Part shown: in pieces, positions 1 to 8,567 of the stretch | How positions within the stretch are numbered: the stretch's first letter is position 1 | Layout of the letters: each line of letters begins with the position of its first letter | Origin: Spirochaetia bacterium | GTDB lineage: Bacteria > Spirochaetota > Spirochaetia > SZUA-6 > Bin103 | Length of the DNA stretch: 64,000 bases | Assembly: GCA_965203055.1 (NCBI GenBank) | Contig: OZ241863.1 | Location: forward strand, 2,304,001-2,368,000 | Direction: 5' to 3' | Made by a program: the position numbers and the translations under genes | The notes under the pieces: model-generated | The model's database searches: none | The model's input: only the letters and a program-made list of their open reading frames with translations | Told to the model about the DNA's origin: nothing

Positions 1-266
1 CGCGCGGCGGCACCGTGGTCCAGATCGGGACGCTGCCGCAGCAGGTCACCGCGCCCTTCAATCTGGTCATGGCCAACGAGCTGCGGGTGCTCGGCAGCTT
101 CCGCTTCGCCGGCGGCTTCCAGGTCGGCGCGGCGCTGCTCGCCGCCGGCCGCATCGAGGTCGAATCGCTGATCAGCGCGGTGCTGCCGCTGGCGCAGGCG
201 CCGGCGGCCCTGGAACAGGCGGCCGGCGATCCGGCCGCGCTCAAGCTGCAGGTCAGCCGGCAGTGA
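1..266 (+). CDS. Zinc-binding (MDR) dehydrogenase, L-idonate/sorbitol dehydrogenase-like, C-terminal part (truncated by window edge)
   Basis: G.VVQIG...N.VMANELRVLGSFRF...LISAVLPLAQA..ALE.A......KLQ is a typical MDR C-terminus. Confidence 0.75.
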   Translation, partial: RGGTVVQIGTLPQQVTAPFNLVMANELRVLGSFRFAGGFQVGAALLAAGRIEVESLISAVLPLAQAPAALEQAAGDPAALKLQVSRQ

Positions 267-295
267 GCCGGCGGCGCGCCGCCTGCTGGCGCGCA

Positions 296-325
296 TTGCA
301 CGTGGGGCCGGCGGGCGGGTAGATT
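296..325 (+). promoter_or_regulatory. Putative sigma-70 promoter (TTGCAC-18-TAGATT)
   Basis: -35/-10 hexamers 12 nt upstream of ATG 338. Confidence 0.4.
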
Positions 326-337
326 GCGGCAACGAAT

Positions 338-1000
338 ATGCGTGTTGTTCGTACCGCCCTCTCCCTCCTCGTGCTGCTGCTGGCCGGCGCCGGCGCCGCG
401 GTCGCCGACGGCCCCTACCTGAACGCCACCGCCGGCGTGGCGCTGGTGCCCGGCCTCAACGACGCTCCGTTCAAGTTCCTCGGACAGGCGGCGGCCGCTG
501 TGACCGAAGACGAAGGCAAGGGTGACTGGGAGTTCGATGCCGGCTTCGTGGCCAGCGGCGCGGTCGGCTACCAGTTCGGCCCGGTGCGCGCCGACGCCGA
601 GTTTTCCTACCTGACGGCGAACTTCGCCTTCACCGCCAACGACGCGGCGAAGGACGACAACCTCACGGCCCTGCTGCTGCTGGCCAACTTCTGGTACGAC
701 GTAGAGATCGGCGGCATCGTGGCGCCCTACGCCGGGATCGGGGCCGGGGGCGCGAATCTGCTGGCCAAGCTGACCGCCGACCAGAACACCTGGTTCGACG
801 GCTCCGGCTGGGGCTTCGCCTTCCAGGCAGGCGCCGGCGTGCTCCTCAAACTGGTGCCCGGAATCTCCTTCGACCTCGGCTACCGGTTCTCCGGCTCCCT
901 GGCAACGGAGATATTCGACCGGGCCAATGCCGACCTGAGCAGCTTGAATCCCACCCTCATGGCCCATCGCATCCAGCTCGGCGTGCGCTTTCCCTCCTGA
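338..1000 (+). CDS. Outer-membrane beta-barrel protein (opacity/OmpA-like porin family)
   Basis: Signal peptide; alternating beta-strands; NxWYD, PYxGxGxG, FAFQAGAG, DLGYRF motifs; terminal LGVRF strand. Confidence 0.85.
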   Translation: MRVVRTALSLLVLLLAGAGAAVADGPYLNATAGVALVPGLNDAPFKFLGQAAAAVTEDEGKGDWEFDAGFVASGAVGYQFGPVRADAEFSYLTANFAFTANDAAKDDNLTALLLLANFWYDVEIGGIVAPYAGIGAGGANLLAKLTADQNTWFDGSGWGFAFQAGAGVLLKLVPGISFDLGYRFSGSLATEIFDRANADLSSLNPTLMAHRIQLGVRFPS

Positions 1001-1097
1001 GCCGCGGACCGGCCGCCGGCCCGGAGCAACCGGTTGCTACCCTATCTCAAACTCGGTACATTACGGCTTGATCCCACCCCAGCGAGGCATTATACCT

Positions 1098-1829
1098 ATG
1101 CGTTCAAGCGCCGCTCTCCTTACTATCGCGTTGTTGTCCGTTCCCGCGGTAGCCACCTTCTCCCAAAGCGCCATGATGATGGAAAGCTCCGGCGTCTACG
1201 TGAACGTCGGCGGGGCGCTGACCCTCGTTCCCGGCCTGACCGGGGTACCGTACGAGAAACTTGATTCTGACCTTAACCTTGAGCACATGACGGCGGACGG
1301 AAAGAAGACCAACTGGGACTTCGATCTCGGGTTCGGCGCCGACGGCGCCCTGGGCTACGACTTCGGCAGCTTCCGCGCCGACGTGGAGTTCACCTACCTG
1401 ACCGCGAGGTCCGTCTTCGACGTCGACAAGACCAAGCGGCGAGAGAACTCCGACAAGGCCGACGACACGCTCACCGTGCTGGCGGCGACCGCCAACGCCT
1501 GGTACGACCTGGACACCGGCACTGCCTGGTCGCCCTACATCGGGATCGGCGTCGGCGCCGCCAACGTCCAGGTGAAACTCGCCACCGGCGAGGGGACGGA
1601 GGACCTGCACTTCGATGGCAATGGGTGGGGATTCGCCTACCAAGCCGGGGTCGGCGTCGCCCTCGAGGTTCTGACCGGGTTCTCGCTCGTGGGCGGCTAC
1701 CAGTTCTTCGGCACGTTGCAGACGACGGTGACGGACTCAGACAACAATACCGCGCCTGCCGAGGCTGGCACCGTGAGTCCGATGCTGATGGCGCACGGGG
1801 TGCAACTCGGCATGCGGTTCCTGTTCTAG
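1098..1829 (+). CDS. Outer-membrane beta-barrel protein, paralog of upstream gene
   Basis: Signal peptide from ATG 1098; ANAWYD, PYIGIGVG, FAYQAGVG; C-terminal Phe (LGMRFLF). Confidence 0.85.
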   Translation: MRSSAALLTIALLSVPAVATFSQSAMMMESSGVYVNVGGALTLVPGLTGVPYEKLDSDLNLEHMTADGKKTNWDFDLGFGADGALGYDFGSFRADVEFTYLTARSVFDVDKTKRRENSDKADDTLTVLAATANAWYDLDTGTAWSPYIGIGVGAANVQVKLATGEGTEDLHFDGNGWGFAYQAGVGVALEVLTGFSLVGGYQFFGTLQTTVTDSDNNTAPAEAGTVSPMLMAHGVQLGMRFLF

Positions 1830-1882
1830 GACGGCGGAGCCGGAGCGCCGGCGGCGGCGCTTCAGCGCAGGCTGTCTGACCG

Positions 1883-2884
1883 TCAGCCGCGGCAGGCCAC
1901 TATCGGCAGGTCCTTCATCGCGTAGAGGCCGGGCGCCGCGGCCACCAGCGCCGGCGCGCTGTTGACGACGATGGCCGCGGTCGCGGTGTCGCCGGGGGTG
2001 CCTCCGGGGATGGTCGCCTCCAGATCGGGGGTGCCGGTAATGGCCACCGAATCGTGGGAACTCGGCGCGCCGACGTAGGCTTGGAACTCCAGCTCCACCA
2101 CCGGGCGCCCGGCGCATGACCCCACCGCGGACTGCTTCAAGCCGGCGACGCGGCCCACCGGCACCGCGGCGTGGGCGCTGCTCACCGCGCGATCCAGCAG
2201 CACCGGTTCGATCGACTCGCTGAAGTCGTCCAACTTCCAGCCGAATCCGGCCGCCAGCAGCGCCGCGGACTGCTCCAGGCCGACGTGGCCGAAGCCGCCG
2301 CCGGCCACCGCCGCGGCGAACTCCCGAGGCGACATGCCTACCCCGATCTTGCGCTGAAACGGCCCCCGCCGGGCGGCCGCGTCCTGCACCCGGGTCACGC
2401 GCACCGCGCGCACCTCGGCGCACACCGCCGACATGAACAGCGGCCAGGTATCCATCAGAAAGCCGGGGTTGACCCCGGTGCCGAGAATCGACACCCGGTG
2501 GCGGCGCGCCAGCTCCTGCAGCCGCGCCGCGGCCTCCGGGTCGCGGCCGCCGGGAAAGGCCAGCTCCTCGCAGGTGGACACCACGTTGGCCCCGGCGGCG
2601 GCGATCGCCGCAAGCTGATCGAACACCGCCGCCACCTGCGAACCGGTAGCATGAAACACCACCGCCGGGCGCAGCTCGCGCAGCGCCGCCGCGGCGTCGC
2701 CGCGCACCGTAACGCCGAGGCGGCCTCCCAGCCCCGCCACCTCGCCCAGATCGCGGCCCACCACCGCCGGGTCGACGTCGATCCCGCCCAGAACCGTGAA
2801 CTCCGGCCGCTGCGCCGCCAGACGCACGATGCTGCGCCCGATGGGACCGCAGCCAAACTGCACCACGCCAATCGTTCCTGCCAT
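1883..2884 (-). CDS. Dihydrodipicolinate reductase-like / 2,4-diaminopentanoate dehydrogenase family NAD(P)H oxidoreductase
   Basis: Rossmann GCGPIG; NVVSTCEEL, GTGVNPGFLMD, FQRKIGVG, GHVGL, PGDTATAA; start moved to ATG 2884. Confidence 0.85.
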   Translation of the reverse strand: MAGTIGVVQFGCGPIGRSIVRLAAQRPEFTVLGGIDVDPAVVGRDLGEVAGLGGRLGVTVRGDAAAALRELRPAVVFHATGSQVAAVFDQLAAIAAAGANVVSTCEELAFPGGRDPEAAARLQELARRHRVSILGTGVNPGFLMDTWPLFMSAVCAEVRAVRVTRVQDAAARRGPFQRKIGVGMSPREFAAAVAGGGFGHVGLEQSAALLAAGFGWKLDDFSESIEPVLLDRAVSSAHAAVPVGRVAGLKQSAVGSCAGRPVVELEFQAYVGAPSSHDSVAITGTPDLEATIPGGTPGDTATAAIVVNSAPALVAAAPGLYAMKDLPIVACRG

Positions 2885-2986
2885 GCGGCGCCCAGCATAG
2901 CAGGCTCCGCGCCGGCGTTGCACCGCCCCGGCCCGCGCCGTACCATGGCGGCCACCGATGAGCGCTACCCTTGCGGGAGGCCGGGC

Positions 2987-3757
2987 GTGAGCCGCCGGGC
3001 GCTGGTCATCCAGCACATTGCGGTGGAGACCCTGGGCGCCAACTTCGGCGCGGTGCTGGCCGAAGCGGGCTTCGAGACGATCCCGCTACTGGCGGCGGGC
3101 GCCGATAGTGATAGCGCGGGCCGGTTCGCCGCGCCGGAGCTGGCGGAGCTGGAGCTGATCGTCTCGCTGGGCGGCCCGCAGTCGGCCAATGACCGGACCC
3201 CGGCGCTGCAGCAGGAGATCGAATACCTGCGCGCGGCCGCCGCCGGGCAGCCGCCGGTGCCGGTGGTAGGAGTGTGTCTCGGCGCCCAACTGCTGGCCCG
3301 CGCGCTCGGCGGCCAAGTAGCGCCCACCGGCGGCTACCAGTTCGGGCTGCGCAAGATCGACGTGACCGCGGCGGGCGCCGTCGACCCGGCGTTCCGGGAA
3401 GTCGCCGTGCCGCTGGTGCCGACGCTGCACGGCGAGCGGTTCTCGGTGCCGCCGGGGGCCGCACTGCTGGCGACTGGCACCATGCTGCGGCGCGACGGGA
3501 GCTACGTCCGCATCCCCATGGCGTTCCGCTATGGCCTCAGCTACGGCTTCCAGTTCGAGCCGCAACTGACCTGCGCCGAGTTGCGCGTCTGGAACCGCGA
3601 GCTGGCCGGCGACTACGCGCTCATGGGCGAACGCTTCGACCCGCGCGAGGAGGCCGCCCGCAACCTGCGCGAGTTCACCGCATTCGCACCGTACCACGAA
3701 CGCCAGATGGCCCGCCTGCTCCGCGCCATCCTGCGCCAGGCAAACTACAACCGATGA
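2987..3757 (+). CDS. Class I glutamine amidotransferase (GMP synthase-like)
   Basis: LVIQH..E.LG, LGGPQSAND, GVCLGAQLLA nucleophile elbow; GGAGG before GTG 2987; catalytic His motif altered (QFEPQ). Confidence 0.85.
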   Translation: MSRRALVIQHIAVETLGANFGAVLAEAGFETIPLLAAGADSDSAGRFAAPELAELELIVSLGGPQSANDRTPALQQEIEYLRAAAAGQPPVPVVGVCLGAQLLARALGGQVAPTGGYQFGLRKIDVTAAGAVDPAFREVAVPLVPTLHGERFSVPPGAALLATGTMLRRDGSYVRIPMAFRYGLSYGFQFEPQLTCAELRVWNRELAGDYALMGERFDPREEAARNLREFTAFAPYHERQMARLLRAILRQANYNR

Positions 3758-3776
3758 CCATGCAGAAACAAAGACG

Positions 3777-6700
3777 ATGAACGGAGCCGATACTGTGGAA
3801 GGAGGAGAACACGTCAGGTTGAGAGGGAATCCCGGACGACACGGAATGACAACTGGCAAGACCCAAACCGTTGGAAGCTTTCTGATGGTCGAGGTCGCCT
3901 TCGGACCCAACGAACGGCAATTCAAGCGGTATGACTTGCTGGAACCTGTCGAGCCCGAAGAGGACATGCTGGACCTTCTCGCTACGGGTCGATGCGGCGG
4001 TCCGATCGATCTCCGGCGCGTATTGACGCTGGCGAAAGTCAAGGGCGACCTCACGAATGTGTTCTATTCGATGGAGGCCAGCAATACTGACTTCTATCCG
4101 CACCAATTCAAACCAGTTCTGAAGTTTATCGAGTCGACTGTAGGGCGGCTACTCATCGCCGACGAGGTTGGTCTGGGCAAGACGATTGAGTCAATCTACA
4201 TCTGGAAAGAGCTGCAGGCACGGGAAGACGCACGACGACTGCTCATTATAGTCCCTGCAATGCTGAGGCAAAAATGGCGAGACGATTTGCAACAGCGCTT
4301 TGGTATCTCAGCTGAAATCATCCGCGCCAAGGAATTGGTTGATAAGGTCGAAAGTTTTTCACAGCGACGACTCATCAATCATACATTTACATTGATCACC
4401 AGCCTTGAAGGATTGCGAACTCCAAGAGACTTTCATGATGAAGACAACACTAGCCCTCGGGCCGTGTTCGGCCGCCTCATGGATCGAAACACAGCGACCG
4501 ATGATCTTGCGTTGTTCGATCTCACAATTATCGATGAAGCGCATTATTTGAGGAATCCACAGACGGCAAGCAATCGTCTGGGTCGATTGGTGCGCGATGC
4601 ATCGCGTAACCTTGTGCTGCTGACTGCCACACCAATCCAGATCAAGACCGGAAATCTCTATCAGCTGCTTCGCCTGGTAGATGAGGAACAGTTTTTCCAG
4701 GATGGCTTGTTCGAAGATATGCTGCAAGCCAATGCACCCATTATTCGTGCGCTCCGATCGATTTGGCGTATCCCTCCGGAAATAGAAAACGCTCGAGAAG
4801 GTATAGCGGATGCGCTCGCTAACCGCTACTTTGCCAATGACCCGATCCTCGGCAGAGCAGCTGAAAAAATATCGGACGCCACTGACGATCCAGCGGCACG
4901 GGTTGAACTTGGAAGACTGCTCGAATCCCGGTCTCTTCTTGGCCAGTACATGACCCGCAGTCGAAAACGGGAGGTCCTCAAGCGGCGAGTCGAGCGCGCC
5001 GCGCAGGTGTTACACGTGTCCTTTAGTTCTCAGGAACGGTCGGTATATAACACAATAACACGGAAGATCCGCGAACGCATGGCCGAAACAGAGGGAATGG
5101 CGACGTTCGCACTGTGCACGCGCCAACGACAGATGGCAAGCTGCCTGGTTGCGGCGCTTGAGCGTTGGCGCGAATGGGATCTGATAGAGGAAGTAATGTC
5201 GGAGGATATAGGATCATCGTTTCGACAAGAAAACACTCATATGGATCAAGAAGACGCTCATATAGATAACGAATTACTGAGCGAAGAGATCCTCGCTGAC
5301 ATAGATATCAGGGATTTGGAGAGGGTTGATTCCAAATACCTACGGCTGCGTGAATTCTTGCGCAACGAGTTGTCGGAGCGTCCGGCAGATAAGATAGTGA
5401 TGTTCTCATTTTTCCGCGGTACACTGGCATATTTGCAGAAGCGGTTGGAGCAAGATGGCTTGCAGACGGCTCTGATCATGGGAGGTATGGGAGACGAAAA
5501 GCAGAACGTACTGCGACGGTTTGCGTCGTCTAGTGGACCATCGATCTTGTTGTCGTCGGAAATCGGCAGTGAAGGAATCGACCTTCAGTTTTGTCGTCTT
5601 GTAGTGAACTACGACTTGCCGTGGAACCCCATGAAAGTCGAGCAGCGTATCGGCCGCTTGGATCGTCTTGGGCAGACGGCGGATAAGATATCGATCGTCA
5701 ACTTGGCGCTGCAGGACACGATAGAAGACAAGATCCTGTTGCGGCTATATGACCGGATTGATCTTTTTAGGGATAGCATCGGAGATCTCGAAGAGATTCT
5801 AGGGGAGATCACAGAGCAACTCATGGTCAAGCTGTTGGCGCCGGACCTTAGCGATGAGCAGAGGGACAGATTGGCGCGGGAAAGTGAGCTTGCCATCGTC
5901 AACAAACGTAAGGAACAGGAGCGGCTTGAGAGTGAAGCGGTCAATCTCATTGGATTCACGGATCATATACTTGATAGCGTCACGGAGACTCACGCGCAGC
6001 GTCGGTGGATCAGCGGGGGCGAGCTTATGGCGTTGGTGGATGACTTCTTTGCACGTCATTATCCCGGCACGCAGATCAGTCGCCTTTCTGGTGACCTAAT
6101 GGCGGCAAGAGTGGACCTTTCTATCGAGGCTCGTGCTGATCTTGCCGCCTTTATCAGTGCCTCGCGGCCGGTGGAACCGACCGGGTTGCACAGGCGAGTA
6201 TCAACTTGCCTTTTTGACCCGCGTCGACCAGGAATCGGCACCCGTATCGAGCGAGTCGACGCGACCCATCCGCTAATTCAATGGATATGTAGTAGGCTGG
6301 AAAGTAGTGCCATATACCGGGTATCGGCGGTCGATCTTTGCCGCCTCAGGACAAGCGTCGGTCCCGGGAAGTACACGTTCGCAGTACATAGATGGGAGTT
6401 TACGGGTTTGCGTGCGCGACGTGTGCTGAGCTTCAGAGCCGCCGATTTGGCACGTAGCCATGTGCTGGATGCGGAATTGTCTGAGGGACTGGTGGTAGCT
6501 GCGTCAAGGTACGGAGCGATGTTGACCAATGTGGAGCATGCCATTGGTGATCTCGACGTGATGGCGGCTGTAGAACGCTGTGAAGAATCGCTCTACAGTG
6601 AGTACGAGCAGTTTGTGCATGATTTCGAAGCCGAGAATGAACTGCGGTGTAATACTCAGGAAATGAGCGCACGGAGATTCTCAGATCGAAGAATCCGTGA

Positions 6701-6881
6701 ACTTGAAGATCGGCTGCGGCGATTTAGAGACAACGATCAGGCGCACCTGATACCGATGACAGAAGGCTTGTTACGGAGAGAGAGAGTACAACTTGAAGCG
6801 AAGCTCCGGAAGGTGAAGGAACGGCGCAATACCGACCCGACGGTGGAGCCGTTGGCCGTCGGCATTATCAGGGTCAGGTAA
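3777..6881 (+). CDS. SNF2-family (RapA/DrmD-like) helicase
   Basis: LIADEVGLGKT Walker A, DEAH, LLTATP, SEGIDLQ, NYDLPWNP, EQRIGRLDRLGQ; C-terminal coiled coil; visibly lower GC than flanks. Confidence 0.93.
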   Translation: MNGADTVEGGEHVRLRGNPGRHGMTTGKTQTVGSFLMVEVAFGPNERQFKRYDLLEPVEPEEDMLDLLATGRCGGPIDLRRVLTLAKVKGDLTNVFYSMEASNTDFYPHQFKPVLKFIESTVGRLLIADEVGLGKTIESIYIWKELQAREDARRLLIIVPAMLRQKWRDDLQQRFGISAEIIRAKELVDKVESFSQRRLINHTFTLITSLEGLRTPRDFHDEDNTSPRAVFGRLMDRNTATDDLALFDLTIIDEAHYLRNPQTASNRLGRLVRDASRNLVLLTATPIQIKTGNLYQLLRLVDEEQFFQDGLFEDMLQANAPIIRALRSIWRIPPEIENAREGIADALANRYFANDPILGRAAEKISDATDDPAARVELGRLLESRSLLGQYMTRSRKREVLKRRVERAAQVLHVSFSSQERSVYNTITRKIRERMAETEGMATFALCTRQRQMASCLVAALERWREWDLIEEVMSEDIGSSFRQENTHMDQEDAHIDNELLSEEILADIDIRDLERVDSKYLRLREFLRNELSERPADKIVMFSFFRGTLAYLQKRLEQDGLQTALIMGGMGDEKQNVLRRFASSSGPSILLSSEIGSEGIDLQFCRLVVNYDLPWNPMKVEQRIGRLDRLGQTADKISIVNLALQDTIEDKILLRLYDRIDLFRDSIGDLEEILGEITEQLMVKLLAPDLSDEQRDRLARESELAIVNKRKEQERLESEAVNLIGFTDHILDSVTETHAQRRWISGGELMALVDDFFARHYPGTQISRLSGDLMAARVDLSIEARADLAAFISASRPVEPTGLHRRVSTCLFDPRRPGIGTRIERVDATHPLIQWICSRLESSAIYRVSAVDLCRLRTSVGPGKYTFAVHRWEFTGLRARRVLSFRAADLARSHVLDAELSEGLVVAASRYGAMLTNVEHAIGDLDVMAAVERCEESLYSEYEQFVHDFEAENELRCNTQEMSARRFSDRRIRELEDRLRRFRDNDQAHLIPMTEGLLRRERVQLEAKLRKVKERRNTDPTVEPLAVGIIRVR

Positions 6882-6882
6882 C

Positions 6883-8178
6883 GTGCGTATGAACCGCCCG
6901 GAACGACGTCGAAGACGTTTTCGTGTAGAGCCGTTGCATGTCAATCTTGGTATTGACTTTGGTACAAGCTACACCAAGGTCTGTTATCGAGATGTCGGTT
7001 CTGATAAGTCCGGTGTCCTTACCTTCGAAGGTGGACCATACTTACCTTCGATTGTGCTCATTGGTGAAAATGGCACGCTAAGCACCCCATTAGCCAATAA
7101 CGGTCGAAGTTCGACGGAAGTAGCATTTCTGAAGATGCGGATAGGTGAATACACTAATTCGCAAGATTCTATGTTCGTACAGGCGTTGTCCAGCTACTAT
7201 CTTGCCGAAATCATTCGTGGTGCAATGGACAGATTCAGGATTCAGGAGTCCGAATTGTCTGATCGACGACAGATTAGATGGTCGGCCAATATTGGAGTTC
7301 CGGTAGACCACTATGACTCACCAAAGTTAGTGATATTCAGAAAGGTATTCGCGATAGCGTGGATGTGGGCGGTATCGAACGGTGTCCCTACTACAGTCCA
7401 AGGTGCGATCGAACAATATCAGATTGGGGAAGGAGAGGTGAACCTGGCAGCCACGGATTGTCATGCAGTACCGGAGATCGTTGCGGCGGTATGGTCGTTC
7501 GTTACATCGCGTGCAGCACGGCCCGGAATATACACCTATTTCGACATCGGTGGAGGTACTCTTGATGGCGTCTGCTTCGGGTACGAGAACAGCAAAGGAG
7601 CTCGCCTTATTCGCTGTTACTCGGGCAAGGTGGCTCCGTTAGGCGTCAGTTTGCTTACGCATGGTCTGCGCCGTCCCGGGGGCGGGAACATTGAGAGAAT
7701 GCTCACTGCAGATTCGCTTCCATCGGCCTACATCCTTAATCATCTTGCGAAATACGAGAACCAAATTAGGACGCTTGTTGCAGAGATCGTCATGACTGCT
7801 AAGTGCAAGATTTGGGGAGGATTCAGGGGGATTTACCTGGAAGATAGTGTGGATCTACTTCCCATCTTTCTTGGAGGTGGAGGATCTCGTTCCGCGTGGT
7901 ACCAATTGGTCATTAAGAGTACCTACGGAAGTCGTCAGCTCGACAGAGCCGGGATCCCTCGCTTCGATCTGAAGGAGGTTCCTAAGCCGCCCGACCTAGA
8001 GATGAACAGCCTTTCTGATGACAATATTTTTTCGCGGTTTACTATTTCCTATGGTCTTTCCGTGCCAGCCGGCGAGACGCCGAATTTCTTCTTACCTGGT
8101 GGCGCTTATCCAATCCCGCCTAGTCAGAAGCCGAACGATATCCCTCCGTTCGAAACACACAAAGATTTGTACGAATAG
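6883..8178 (+). CDS. Actin-like/Hsp70-fold (ASKHA) ATPase of unknown function
   Basis: Phosphate-1 LGIDFGTSYTKV, NIGVP, connect-1 VPEIVAA, phosphate-2 FDIGGGTLDG, adenosine IFLGGGGS; starts 1 nt after helicase stop; no Hsp70 substrate-binding domain. Confidence 0.75.
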   Translation: MRMNRPERRRRRFRVEPLHVNLGIDFGTSYTKVCYRDVGSDKSGVLTFEGGPYLPSIVLIGENGTLSTPLANNGRSSTEVAFLKMRIGEYTNSQDSMFVQALSSYYLAEIIRGAMDRFRIQESELSDRRQIRWSANIGVPVDHYDSPKLVIFRKVFAIAWMWAVSNGVPTTVQGAIEQYQIGEGEVNLAATDCHAVPEIVAAVWSFVTSRAARPGIYTYFDIGGGTLDGVCFGYENSKGARLIRCYSGKVAPLGVSLLTHGLRRPGGGNIERMLTADSLPSAYILNHLAKYENQIRTLVAEIVMTAKCKIWGGFRGIYLEDSVDLLPIFLGGGGSRSAWYQLVIKSTYGSRQLDRAGIPRFDLKEVPKPPDLEMNSLSDDNIFSRFTISYGLSVPAGETPNFFLPGGAYPIPPSQKPNDIPPFETHKDLYE

Positions 8179-8567
8179 CTGCGGCGATGTATCGCTACAT
8201 GCGCGGAGACAAGCAAGCGCATCGTCCGGCTACTGTCCGAGCGTTGAGTTGCATTTTGGTTACGGCCCCGTGTCCTGCCACCGTGGACCCAAAGGGGAAC
8301 GCATCGAGTCCAAAGCGCACGGCGCAGATGATCGACAGGACGGGCGGCGTTTGGCCAAGACCAAACGGTGCGGCTTGTTTACGGCGACCTGCACCGGGAA
8401 TGGTGGATCGGGGACATGCGTCTGCCGTACCTACGCTCGGCTCCTCATGCGCTGATCGTACCTACAGTCGAGCCGTGGCTGCCTACGGACCACTCAAGGA
8501 TGGAATCATCCTGTACGGGCTCGCGAGGGTATTGACCAGCGCCGCGCGCTAGGCGACGGTTGGGGTC

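Noticed and set aside
3755..8538. TGACCA near both edges of the low-GC SNF2 cassette as a target-site duplication
   Set aside because: Only 6 bp, edges are defined by eye and no recombinase is present; consistent with chance
8187..8552. 121-aa ORF downstream of the actin-fold gene
   Set aside because: No RBS or recognisable motif; not called as a CDS
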